Positions 13,556 to 25,282 of a stretch of 64,000 nt of DNA are shown piece by piece; within the stretch, counting starts at the first letter, position 1, and every line of letters begins with the position of its first letter. A program made the position numbers and the translations under genes. The notes beneath the pieces are model-generated. The model made no database searches and was not told the DNA's origin. It saw only the letters and a program-made list of their open reading frames with translations. This DNA is from Eledone cirrhosa (lineage: Eukaryota): the NCBI GenBank assembly GCA_964016885.1, contig OZ024752.1:13516001-13580000 (forward strand), given 5' to 3'.

Positions 13556-13915
13556 TTGGCATTATCGGAAGGTCAGAGGCCATGCTTTGCAGCATAGAGT
13601 TACGGCCATTTAGGATCTCAGTTCAAATCCCGCCGAGGTTAACTTTGCCTTCCATCCTTACAGGGTCGATAAAATAAAGTACCAGTAATACACTGTGGGT
13701 AAATGCTGGCCTTGTGCCAAAAGTATAAGGATTGGCAGTATCGGTAGAGGGTCAGACGCAATGCTTTCCAGAAAAGAGTTACGGCCCTTTATGGTCTGAG
13801 TTCAAATCCCGCCGAGGTTAACTTTGCCTTTCATCCTTACGGGGTCGATAAAATAAAGTACCAGTAATGCACTGGGTAATTGCTGGCCTTGTACCAAAAG
13901 TAGAAACAATTATTA
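13556..13915 (+). mobile_element. Two tandem SINE family A copies
   Basis: Both carry gttcaaatcccgccgaggttaactttgcc...agtaccagtaa. Confidence 0.85.
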
Positions 13916-13956
13916 TTTAATTGATCTCCCTTTAATAAATACACACGAAATTTCTT

Positions 13957-14475
13957 CCGCCGCCATCATCGTCAACTACCAACAGTGACGTTAACACCGC
14001 CGCCATCATCGTCAACTACCAACAGTAACGTTAACACCGCCGCCATCATCGTCAACTACCAACAGTGACGTTAACACCGCCGCCATCATCGTCAACTACC
14101 AACAGTGACGTTAACACCGCCGCCATCATCATCAACTACCATCAGTGACGTTAACACCGCCGCCATCATCGTCAACTACCAACAGTGACGTTAACACCGC
14201 CGCCATCATCGTCAACTACCAACAGTGACGTTAACACCGCCGCCATCAACGTCAACTACCAACAGTGACGTTAACACCGCCGCCATCAACGTCAACTACC
14301 AACAGTGACGTTAACACCGCCGCCATCATCGTCAACTACCAACAGTGACGTTAACACCGCCACCATCATCGTCAACTACCAACAGTGACGTTAACACCGC
14401 CGCCATCATCGTCAACTACCATCAGTGACGTTAACACCGCCGCCATCAACGTCAACTATCAGCAGTGACGTTAAC
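13957..14475. repeat. 40-bp minisatellite, about 13 copies
   Basis: Unit ccgccgccatcatcgtcaactaccaacagtgacgttaaca. Confidence 0.95.
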
Positions 14476-14762
14476 TGTTTTTCTTTGTTTTTGTATATTG
14501 ACCTGTTGCCCTTCTATCACGGGTTTGGGGAATGCACAGATTGTTTTAGCAATTATTTTCCACTCATTTGTCTGTCTGTCTATCTCTGTCTGTCTGTCTG
14601 TCTGTTTCTCTTTCTTTCCTTCATTCTCTCTCCCTTTCTCTTTCTTTCTTTCTTCATATTTTTCTCCCTCCCCCTCTCTCTCTTTCTTTCTTTCTTTTTT
14701 CTCTCTCCCTCACTCTTTCTTTCTTTCTTTTTTCTGTCTCCCTCCTTCTCTATTTCTCTATT

Positions 14763-14813
<51 letters not shown>

Positions 14814-15168
14814 CTCTCCCTCCTCTATTTCTTTCTTTCTTTTTTCTTTCTCCCTCCCTTTCTGTTTCTTTCTCACTGTACCTCTCTATCTCCCTTCCCC
14901 TCTTTCTCCCCCTTCCCCTATCGAGATACCATCTATCCGCTCCCCCTCCCACCACTAAAATCTAAACAGACATTTCCTCACCATATCTTATCTAATCTCT
15001 AATTCTATCAACAGAAATTCGGTTTCAACAAACAATAAACCTCATACCTATACTCTTTTGCTCTTTTACCTGTTCCAGCCATCCGGCTGAGGCCATGCTG
15101 GGGCACCTATATAATAAACCTTTCTTCTTTATTCAGCTAAACTGTATTTAATTTATTTTCTAAACTAG

Positions 15169-15395
15169 GGCTAACAGACAGAGATGGGAGGATGCTGGCC
15201 TACCACCATACGGAATTCAACCAATTAAAGGTGCTATCCATGTTGTGGTCCAACGAGGTTTTGTTGAATATATAGTGAATTCTGTTGTGGCTAAAGATAT
15301 CCTTGATTGGGTAAAGTTAATCAAAATACCAGATGAGGCATTTTTTGCGACCCTCAACCACAATCCCAGGCTGAAAGTACCCGGATCATATACAG
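15169..15395 (+). CDS. Internal exon of a core-2/I-branching beta-1,6-N-acetylglucosaminyltransferase (GCNT-like, GT14 family)
   Basis: Acceptor ttttctaaactAG|G and donor ACAG|GTaaa; reads ANRQRWEDAGLPPYGIQPIKGAIHVVVQRGFVEYIV...IPDEAFFATLNHNPRLKVPGSYT, containing the PDE.F.ATL motif of the Branch family. Confidence 0.9.
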
Positions 15396-15448
15396 GTAAA
15401 ATTATAATAATTATTATAACTGACATTATATAGTTATAACATAAGCCG

Positions 15449-15973
15449 TGGATTGGCAGTATCGGTAGAAGGAGGGAAGCCAGGTTTTGCAGCATAGAGT
15501 TATGGCCCTATGATCTGAGTTTAAATCCCACCGAGGTTAACTTAGTCTTTCATCCTTACGCAGGTCGATAAAATAAAGTACCAGTAATGCACTGAGGTAA
15601 TTGCTGGCCTTGTGCCAAAAGTAGAGACAATTATTATGATCTGAGTTCAAATCCCGCCGAGGTTAACTTTGCCTTTCATCCTTACGGGGTCGATAAAATA
15701 AAGTACCAGTAATGCACTGAGGTAATTGCTGGCCTTGTGCCAAAAGTAGAAACAATTATTATAACCAATATTTTTGTCACTCGAATAAGTTAATAATTAT
15801 TTCTACTTTTGGCACTAGGCCAGCAATTATTCCAGTGTATTACTGGTACTTTATTTTTATCGACCCTGTAAGGATGAAAGGCAAAGTTTACCTCGACCGG
15901 ATTTGAACTCAGTCTGTAAAGGGACATAACTATGCTGGAAAGCATGGCGTCCGGCCCTCTACCGATATTGCCA
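15449..15973. mobile_element. SINE family A cluster: two + copies (15449-15760) and one - copy (15797-15973)
   Basis: Family A consensus in both orientations about 35 bp apart. Confidence 0.85.
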
Positions 15974-17921
15974 AAATATGTTTAAAGACTGAATCATTCT
16001 GTAGGCTATTTCTATATTTATTCTTTTAATTCAGAGTTGAGAGAGCTGGCATAAATAACACAAGGCAATCTATCCGACACTCTAATGACTTAATGAACAC
16101 AACCACAAGGATATGGTCTGAACGTGGAAGAGTCGAACTCCCACTGTCCCCGCCTCCATCTCTCTCTCCCCCTCCATCTCTCTATGTGGTGAGCAAATGG
16201 GGTCCCATGTGCTGGCCTCCCCACAGCTCCGGTGGACAGAATGGAGAAGGCGTTTCCCCCAGAGGATGGTAAGGGAGATGCACTGGAAGAGCCATTCCAT
16301 CTCACGAGGCTCACACCTGTGGCTGGCCAGCTCAGCGCCTATGGTGGTGAGTAGGGAGGTAGCCCTAGGGCCAACTTGTAAGAGAGGTTCAGTCAAGTGT
16401 TACCCAACCTTTTGTGCATCATTCCCCATGTCCCACCTCAACATTTCAAAATTTGTTATACCCCCACTCATTTGATATGAAAACAACGATGATCAACTGC
16501 AGAATGTAAACAAATTAGCATATGGGGGGGGGGGGGGTGTCACATGGCACAATAACATGTGGTAGAGGAGATGAGACCATGCTTTCTGGAATGGAGCCTC
16601 CGTTGGTTTCGACGATGAGTGCTGCAGTTGTTGATCAACAGAACAGCCTTCTCAGGGAATTAATATGTAAATCACTGACCATTCAACAATCATGTGGATC
16701 CTTAACGTAGTTGTCAAGGTGATTCAGGGTGACACAGCATATGACAGCACTGGGCCCTTTAAATTACAGGTACAATCCATCTGACTAGCTTCTAAACATT
16801 TTCCCTATCTATACCCAGTGAGGTAACTAGGGTATGGTAAGCATGGCACAACCTTGGGTGCCACTTGGAGCATTTTCTATTAAAGTCAGGTGTATAATCT
16901 GTCATTGATTATCATGGGTGAGAAGCAGGGTCAGATTGAGACATGGGTGAGCACTTTAGATTTGCGGGGCTCCTCATACACAACAAATTAGAATACAATG
17001 CAACCCCCCAAATTTTACATATCAAAGTTAGCTTGGTACAAGTAATTGGAACTGAAAAGTTATACATACAGGTATTAAATCCCAAAATTCTTACCATTCT
17101 TAAACTAAAAAGCCCAGCTGAGGGTACAACTAAATTGCTACGGCCGTCGCTGATGCACTCCCCCCCCCGCCCCCACTGCATGGGGCCTGGAGCAATTGCC
17201 CCATTTGTTCCCATTAAGTCTGGCCCTGGGTGAGACAGGAGTTTCCAACGGTAATGTGTACCAAAGTTTCTAAGGAGTAAAAGTAATAAGGTTAAACTGA
17301 AATTTGTTCTCATTAACATGATTTTCAAATTGCCTCCCCTTAAATATTGAAACACCCACTCCACTGTGGGACATGCCCCTCACGTTGGAAATTACTGGTA
17401 TAGACATTTCAAAAACAGCTGCAACTGTTATAGTTTCTGCAACTGCAAATATTCTTAGGTTAAGGAGTGATATACAAAACTGTGTCCACGCACACACACA
17501 CACACACACACCTTAATTAATTGAATTTTCTCTCGAAAGACAACAAAATCTTCGCTTTTATTGTTTGCAAAAAAGGGAGGTATCTTTAAGATGCTCTCCA
17601 AGACAGGTAAGATGTATGTAATTCACATTACTTTTGGAGAGATACAAGTTAACAGCTGCATAAAAACGTGTAGGATGGAAATTTCATGGAGTCCCCATTC
17701 TGTAGAAGGACTAGGAACAGGGGTTAATTCAGGGCCGATAAATCTACAAGTGTCGGGAGGGGGAAGAAAGTGAGTTAAGAATACTTGAAAATAGGTGGCA
17801 CGTGAAGAGCCAAATCTAAGGAGTAGAAAGGGGGCCATTGTAGCATGACTAGATAAAACAGGGAAAGAAAACTGTATGTTGATGAAGGGTTATTATGCCA
17901 GTCTTGGAATGTGTTCTAAGA

Positions 17922-18068
17922 CAGGCTTGTTAAACATATGGCCCTTTATAAGCACGCCTGTGGCCTGCACAAAGGTTTTTACAGCGCAATTAGTTGTCAT
18001 GTGTGGCCCTCAGACAACACATCTGTGACCCGTGTGGCCCTCGGAGGACCCTCAGTTTGGCATGCCTG
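17922..18068. mobile_element. hAT (Charlie-like) MITE
   Basis: caggcttgttaaac...gtttggcatgcctg with exact 8-bp TSD ttctaaga. Confidence 0.75.
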
Positions 18069-18089
18069 TTCTAAGATACTTAAATATAA

Positions 18090-19234
18090 TGGTTTCTGAT
18101 TTAAACACAAGGCCAGCAATTTTGAGAGGTGGGGGGGGGGGGGGGGGTCGATTAAATTGACCCCAGTGCATGACTGGTATTTTGTTTTATCGACCCTATA
18201 AGGATGAAAGGCAGAGCTAACCTCAGCGGGATTTGAACTTAGAAATTAAAAGGCCATAAATCTAAGCCATGAAACAGTGTATCCGATGCTCTACTGACCC
18301 TGCTAAGCCACCACCCTAAGGATACATACTCTCAGGTCTTGAATAATCGTCCCACCACCGCTTATTAAATTTTGTTAATCTATCTCTGGCGAAATTTCAT
18401 TTGTAAGTGATTCATATTAATACAGCAGCTGGAGAATCTAATAATAATTTTATTTTATATAAAAAACAAAAAAAACATTCCTGTAATTCCCGGCGCTGAA
18501 GATGCTTTGTCCTTAAGGACGCACCCTAATTTTGACAACCAAAAATTTGAAAAAAAAAAAATTGTTTCTACTTTTGGCACAAGGCCAGCAATTATCTCAG
18601 TGCATTACTGGTACTTTATTTTATCGACCCCGTAAGGATGAAAGACAAAGTTAACCTCAGCGGGATTTGAACTCAGATCGAAAAGGGGCGTAACTCTATG
18701 CTGCAAAGCATTACCGATACTGGCAATCCACTGCCCTTAGAAAAAAAATAATAATGAAAAATGCAAACTTTGGCCTCCAGGACGCATGGTAGGAAAAACG
18801 TAGCATCTTCAACACCTGGAAATACGGTATGCATAACTAGTAATCCCATACAAATATACACTATAGAATTACCAATTTCCCAACCATCCGCCATTTCTCC
18901 CAACACCCCTGCTTATAAGAATTTAAGCAAACCTCCAACACCCCCACTTATTCAACCCCTTCACAACACTCTTACAAGAATTTAAGCAAATGCCCCCCCC
19001 CCCCCTGCTTATTCCACCCCACCCATATCATTTCGGACTCAAGTGTCAAAATAATTGTTTCTACTTTAGGCTCAAGGCCAGCAATTACCCAGTGGATTAC
19101 TGGTACTTTATTTTATCGACCCCATAAGGATGAAAGGCAAAGTCAACCTCGGCGGGATTTGAACTCAGATCGTAAAGGGACGTAACTCTATGCTTCAAAG
19201 CATGGCGTCCGACCCTCTACCGATACTGCCAATC
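18090..19234 (-). mobile_element. Three SINE family A copies (about 18090-18310, 18561-18728, 19053-19234)
   Basis: Reverse-complement family A body ...ttatcgacccc.taaggatgaaag.caaagttaacctc.gcgggatttgaactc. Confidence 0.8.
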
Positions 19235-19323
19235 AATATAATAGCAACTTGATATAAGTTAATATACTTTCAAAACTGAAATTCACTCAATTCATCATTA
19301 GAACACACTGCTCCTTTATTTAA

Positions 19324-20254
19324 CCCTTTAGCATTTAAACCGCCCATATCCGGCCAGAATTCTCTCACCTCCTTCTGTTCAAACTGGCCACTCATACTGA
19401 TGTTAAGGTATTGTTCTCAAAATAAATAATATTAAAATCTCGTAGATTCGATATTATGTGAGATATTTATGTGAGACAAAGTGTGCACTGTGACAATACA
19501 ATAGTATATATAGAGTAATGTAAATGTTATGTGAGATATTATGTGAGGTAAAGCCTTTACTGTGACAATACAATAGTATATATAGAGTAATGTAAATGTT
19601 ATGTGAGATATTATGTGAGGTAAAGCCTTTACTGTGACAATACAATAGTATATATAGAGTAATGTAAATGTTATGTGAGATATTATGTGAGGTAAAGCCT
19701 TTACTGTGACAATACAATAGTATATATAGAGTAATGTAAATGTTATGTGAGATATTATGTGAGGTAAAGCCTTTACTGTGACAATACAATAGTATATATA
19801 GAGTAATGTAAATGTTATGTGAGATATTATGTGAGGTAAAGCTTTTACAACGAAAATACAATAGTATATATAGAGTAATGTAAATGTTATGTGAGATATT
19901 ATGTGAGGTAAAGCCCTTACTGTGAAAATACAATAGTATATATAGAGTAATGTAAATGTTATGTGAGATATTATGTGAGGTAAAGCCCTTACTGTGAAAA
20001 TACAATAGTATATATAGAGACATGTAAATGTTATGTGAGATATTATGTGAGGTAAAGCCCTTACTGTGAAAATACAATAGTATATATAGAGTAATGTAAA
20101 TGTTATGTGAGATATTATGTGAGGTAAAGCTTTTACCACGAAAATACAATAGTATATATAGAGACATGTAAATGTTATGTGAGATATTATGTGAGGTAAA
20201 GCCTTTACCATGAAAATACAATAGTATATATAGAGTAATGTAAATGATAAAGGG
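19324..20254. mobile_element. piggyBac-like non-autonomous element with an internal 72-bp tandem array of about 11 copies
   Basis: TTAA|cccttta...taaaggg|TTAA termini; array at 19451-20245. Confidence 0.8.
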
Positions 20255-20379
20255 TTAATTATCAATATTTTTTGGTTTATTATATTATGTTCTCTTCTAT
20301 ATAATTCTATAATAGTTTCAGATATTGATCATATCGTATTGATGATTGATGGATTGATTGATTCTCTTTATTTTGAAAG

Positions 20380-20693
20380 GTATTCCGGAGACTGGACCTG
20401 ACAAACCTTTTCTTGCTAGATACAAAGTCTGGTCCTTCTCTGACTCTCCTTTTAACGCCAAGTGTGATGGTAAGTGGGTAAGAAATATTTGTGTGTTTGG
20501 TCTTGGAGATTTACCCAGACTAACAACTGCTCGTGAACTATTTGCCAACAAATTCCATCTAACATTCCATCCCTTACTCCAGAAATGCCTTGAAGACTGG
20601 CAATTTAACAAAACCAGAGACTATTACCTGAACAATACAAAATATGACACCACATATTATGAAAATTTAAGTTTCGTAAAAAATAAAATTTAA
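20380..20693 (+). CDS. Terminal exon of the GCNT-like glycosyltransferase
   Basis: Acceptor ctctttattttgaaAG|GT is phase-compatible with the previous exon (G+GT=Gly); ARYKVW...CDGKWVRNICVFGLGDLP..LFANKF..CLEDW is the typical GCNT C-terminus; ends at TAA. Confidence 0.9.
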
Positions 20694-20915
20694 AAAGATT
20701 CAAAAAATAAAATTTAAAAAGATTCAAAAAATAAAAATGAAATATATTTTCTGGTGTTTCCTTTGTGAATGGACATTTAAAAATTATTTTCTATGTGTTG
20801 CTTAGACCCCATATGAGATCTAGAGGGGGACAGAATGGGAACCAGACTGAGGCAAATAAAAAGCAAATTATTTGGGTACTGTATCATTGATGGATATTAT
20901 TTATAGCATCAAACC

Positions 20916-21291
20916 TCTTCTTCTTCTTCATCCACTTATTCCTGGGAGGGTCATGAGGGCAGGGTCTTCAAACACTCAGAGGGTCCTGTCAGAAGCAACC
21001 GTCTCCAATTGATCCTACTGGATCCCTAAGCAAGACCAGCCAAGCTCATGGATGTTATCCAACCATCTGGCTCAGGGTCTACCCTAGGTCTCCTGCCAGT
21101 TGGTTTTGCCCATAAGATCTGTCAGGTGATTCTTTCCTGGGACATTTAACCACCTGCTCATAGTATCAGAATTGTGATCTCTCAATTCGGAGAAGTAGTG
21201 GAACTACCTGGAGTGACACTCAGATCTCCAAGTTAAGAACTTTATTGAGTAATGTTACTCCAAAGACCCTTCGGAGGAATCCCATCTGAAT
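20916..21291 (-). mobile_element. Decayed RTE-type LINE 3' fragment between direct repeats of about 145 bp
   Basis: (AAG)n tail; frameshifted G-RRPR/RWLDNI-like C-terminus; 20772-20915 resembles 21293-21436. Confidence 0.55.
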
Positions 21292-21611
21292 TGACATTTC
21301 TAGAAATTATTTTCTATGTGTTGCTTAGACCAGACCCATATAAGAACTAGAGACTGACAGAACGGGAGCCCAACTGAGGCAAATGAAAAACAAATTATTT
21401 TAGTGGTGTATTATTGATGGATAGCATTAAACCTCTTTCTCTCTATATACATGCTACAAAGGACAACATAAACATTTTCCAGATTATTTACAAGATACCA
21501 CACACACACACACACATATATATGTATGTAAAAGGTAAACAGAAATAACAACACAACCGGTACAGTATATGGAAGGAATATATTAGGTTAACGCTTGAAA
21601 TAACAGGAAGA

Positions 21612-21650
21612 GGGTCTTAACGTTTCGGATGCTAGTCCTTCATCAGAAGG
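21612..21650 (-). ncRNA. Minimal hammerhead motif inverted just upstream of the Penelope-like RT
   Basis: Reverse complement reads ctt-CTGATGA-aggactagcatcc-GAAAC-GTT-aag. Confidence 0.6.
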
Positions 21651-21699
21651 AAGAATGGGAAATAAAAAAGATTGACGGGTGGGATGGAATTGGAAAAAA

Positions 21700-24060
21700 T
21701 GTCTTTAGATAAAAATAACAGGTCCATTCATGTTGACATCTCAACACCACAGACACATGAGGAAAGAGAAAAGATCCTCAATGCTCACATAATGATGTGG
21801 ACTGATATCCTAAAATGAAGTAGATGCACAGCCAATAATTTCCAAGCCTCTAACAATGATATACGACCCTTGTATGGGCTCCACAAAAACCATAAGACAA
21901 CTAACGGCTCTATGACAGGACCACTGAAAATACCTGTATGTTGAGCCAATATTGCTAGCAACTACAGGATCTCCTACTTCCTCTCTATGATTATACGCCC
22001 CATAATGAAGATGTCTCCAGATTGTATGTGACAGCACAGAGGACCTCCTCAGCAGAATCAATGACTGTAACAACAACAAAGACTTAACTAACCGCATACT
22101 AGGCAGTATGGATGTACTATCACTGTACCCATCCATTGACATTGATTTTGCTGTGGAAAAATGTGTGGAAATGATCAGTGAGAGTGAAGTAGAGTTCTGC
22201 GACTTTGACACAGACAAACTGGGCCTCCTACTTAGACTTACATGCAACAGTGAATACTTAGATGATTATGATCTTAACAGTTTCTGCCCCAATAGACCAA
22301 CAAGAGATATACCCCCCGCCCCCCACCACCACACACACACACCTGTAACTTCAATGACTAAAAGACTCCTATAATAAGATGGAATGGATGGACTAAAGCC
22401 ATATGGACACGCCAAAACAACGATCAGGGGAGAAACATGGTTGAACTTGCAATAATAATATTAAAACTACCCTAAAGGGGCATATGTATAAATTTAATGG
22501 GAACATTTACACCCAGAATGAGGGAGCAGCCATTGGCGTCAGCATAGCTGGCGATGTTGCCAACCTATTTATGGCATGGTGGGAAAGGAGACTCAGAGAA
22601 CTCCTAGAAGAGAACTCCATAGCCCTCGTCATATACTCTTGTTACATAGATGATATCAATATAGTAATAAACCCCCCCCCCCCCACAAGAGAGTACCAAT
22701 AAACCTGAATTAACACAATGGAGATCATCCAGCAGATAGCTAATTCCATACAACAGAGCATAACAGTAGCTATCGACTACCCTTCTAAACACCCTAACAA
22801 TAGACTACAAGTATTAGACATGGAACTCTGGTTAAAACGAGAAAGCCAAATTCTCCATTCACATTATACTAAACCCATGGCCTCCAAATACCTGATACTC
22901 AAAAACTCAGGAATATCCAGTAGTGCTAAGTTTAGTATTCTGAATTCAGACTTGGTAAGAATGATGAAGAATCTGTCCCACATGTGCGACCCAACTGAAA
23001 TGGAAAGACACATCCAACACTTCCTCAACCGCATGCAGTTCTCTGGTTACAACCAAAGAGACAGAATCAGAGTATACAAAGGAGCCACAGATAAATAGAA
23101 GACCCTCATAGAAATGGTCATGAAAGGAATTTGCCCATTATACAGGAGCAAATCATGGAATAGCTTAGATAGGATTAGTCACTTCATGGTACGACAACCA
23201 GAGATACCAGAGTGGATGCAACCAATGGAGAGGAATTAGCTAACCAGCGTAGAAAGGCCCTCAGAAAGACCCACTTAAAGATTAAAGTGGTTGAAAAGCC
23301 AGGAACTACCATAAAATCCCTGATCAGCAAAACCTACCACTTTAAGAAAACTCACTGTGCTAATAAGAAATCATCATCATCATCATCATCACCGTTTTAC
23401 GTCCGTTCTTCCACGCTAGCATGGGTTAGATGGGTTGTCCTGTTGTGGGCAGTGTCTGGTCGGCTGACCATGCCTTGCTCATACAGGAACTGATTTGGCT
23501 TGATTTTTACAGCTGGATGCCCTTCCTAACACCAACCTCATTTACAGTGAGTGCTGGGTGCTTTTTCGTGGCACCTACACGTCCACTTTACAGTGTGGGC
23601 TGGGTGCTTTTTTGCCGTGGCACCTCCACGACCACCTTGCAGTGGGGGGTATGGGGGCATATTGTCTATATGCTTCAGCTTGTACCCATGGGAGGTCGGG
23701 TACTCTGTATTACTGTGTGACGCCAGAAATGTGATATTTTATATATAACACAGAAATGTGTTATATATAGAATAAATCCACAAATAAATTGTAAGACTAG
23801 AAATGTAGTCTATAGCATAAGATGTACAGAGGGTACTTGACAACAACATGCATAGTTGAGACAGCTCAAAGCATAGGAGAGAGATTAGACCAACTCTGGG
23901 GAGAACTAAAAGGACAAAAAGACGGTTCAGTACTATATGAACATGCTGGACAAAGACATGACAGTAATATAGACAACATAGAAATCAAAATAATATCTAA
24001 ACAGGTAGAAAAATCAGAGAAGCAATTGAAATAGAACTAAGAAAACCGAAGTTGAACAGA
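21700..24060 (+). mobile_element. Decayed Penelope-like retroelement (RT plus C-terminal GIY-YIG), interrupted by an RTE 3' fragment
   Basis: Frameshifted pieces GSMDVLSLYPSID, YTQNEGAAIG...YIDDI, DYPSKHPNNRLQVLDMELW..YTKPMAS, KVVEKPG, NCKTRNVVY and ETAQSIGER..SVLYEH. Confidence 0.85.
23370..23730 (-). mobile_element. RTE 3' UTR fragment nested in the Penelope-like element
   Basis: Near-identical reverse complement of about 35695-36050, with (GAT)n tail. Confidence 0.85.
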
Positions 24061-24809
24061 AAAAAAGTATAACAACAACAACCATACACAAACACACAAT
24101 ATAAAGGTCAATATAAATAAATATACACAGGTTCAATAACAACAACTACACATAAACACACACTAGTGAACACATTTTTGAATTTAATGCCTGTATGTAT
24201 AACTTTTCAGTTCCAATTTCTTGCGCCAATCTGACTTTGATATGTAAAATTGGGGGTTTGCTGTGTATCCTAATTTATTGTGTATGTGGGGCCTCCACAA
24301 ACCTGAAATGCCCCAGTCCCCACAAGGTCTAAATCCAACCCTGCTTTCAGTTAACCTTACTAGTGTTGGTGATTTACACAATAAACACACCCAGTACACT
24401 CTGCAAAATGCTTGGTGATAGAAAGTACATCCAGCTGTAGAAAACCTGTCAAAAGATCAGTAGGACTCTTCAGCTGTGCTGAAGATATGTCAAATTCCTG
24501 AGTGTTGGTGTCATGATAGAAAGCACTCTCTAGTATGATGGATCATTGTTTGTAGTTTACAATAAAGTCGTGTTGGAAAATGGCTGTTATTAAGAAAAAG
24601 AGAGAGGATTGATGATATATCTCCTCTGTTGTCCCCTTCATACTATAAAATGTTTGCCATGATGAAATTGGCTGAAAAGAAAAACAAAATATTTAAAATC
24701 AAAATTGCTCCTAAAAGCCGAAAGTTCGAAGCTGCTTCCCCTTGCAAACACAAACCAGACGACTTTATCTGATAATTGCATGGAGAAACAGCTCACAAGT
24801 GATAAATAA

Positions 24810-25209
24810 TGGTTTCTACTATAGGTACAAAGCCAATAATAGGGGAGGAGAAATTCGATTAAATCAACCCCAGTGTCTTACTGGTATTTCATTTTATTTC
24901 CCCCATAAGGATGAAAGGCAAATCTAGATTTGGCGGGATTTGAACTCAGAACATAAAGGGCCGTAACTCCATAAAGTATGTTGTTCGACGCTCTACTGAT
25001 ACTGCCAATAATAATAATAACAATAATAATTTCTACTTTTGGCACAAGGCCAGCAATTACCCCAGTGCATTACTGGTACTATATTTTATCGACCCCGTAA
25101 GGATGAAAGGCAAAGTTAACCTCGGCAGGATTTGACCTCAGAATGGAAAGGGCCGTAACTCTATGTGTCAAAGCATGGCGTCCGACCCTCTACCAATACT
25201 GCCAATCCA
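24810..25209 (-). mobile_element. Two SINE family A copies just downstream of the LRR gene stop codon
   Basis: Family A consensus on - strand, separated by (AAT)n. Confidence 0.8.
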
Positions 25210-25210
25210 C

Positions 25211-25241
<31 letters not shown>

Positions 25242-25282
25242 CATTAATTTTAATTTTTATTGTTTCTGTGGAAAAAAAAAGT

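Noticed and set aside
19432-20265. 277-aa and 255-aa hydrophobic repeat ORFs
   Set aside because: Translations of the 72-bp array inside the piggyBac-like MITE
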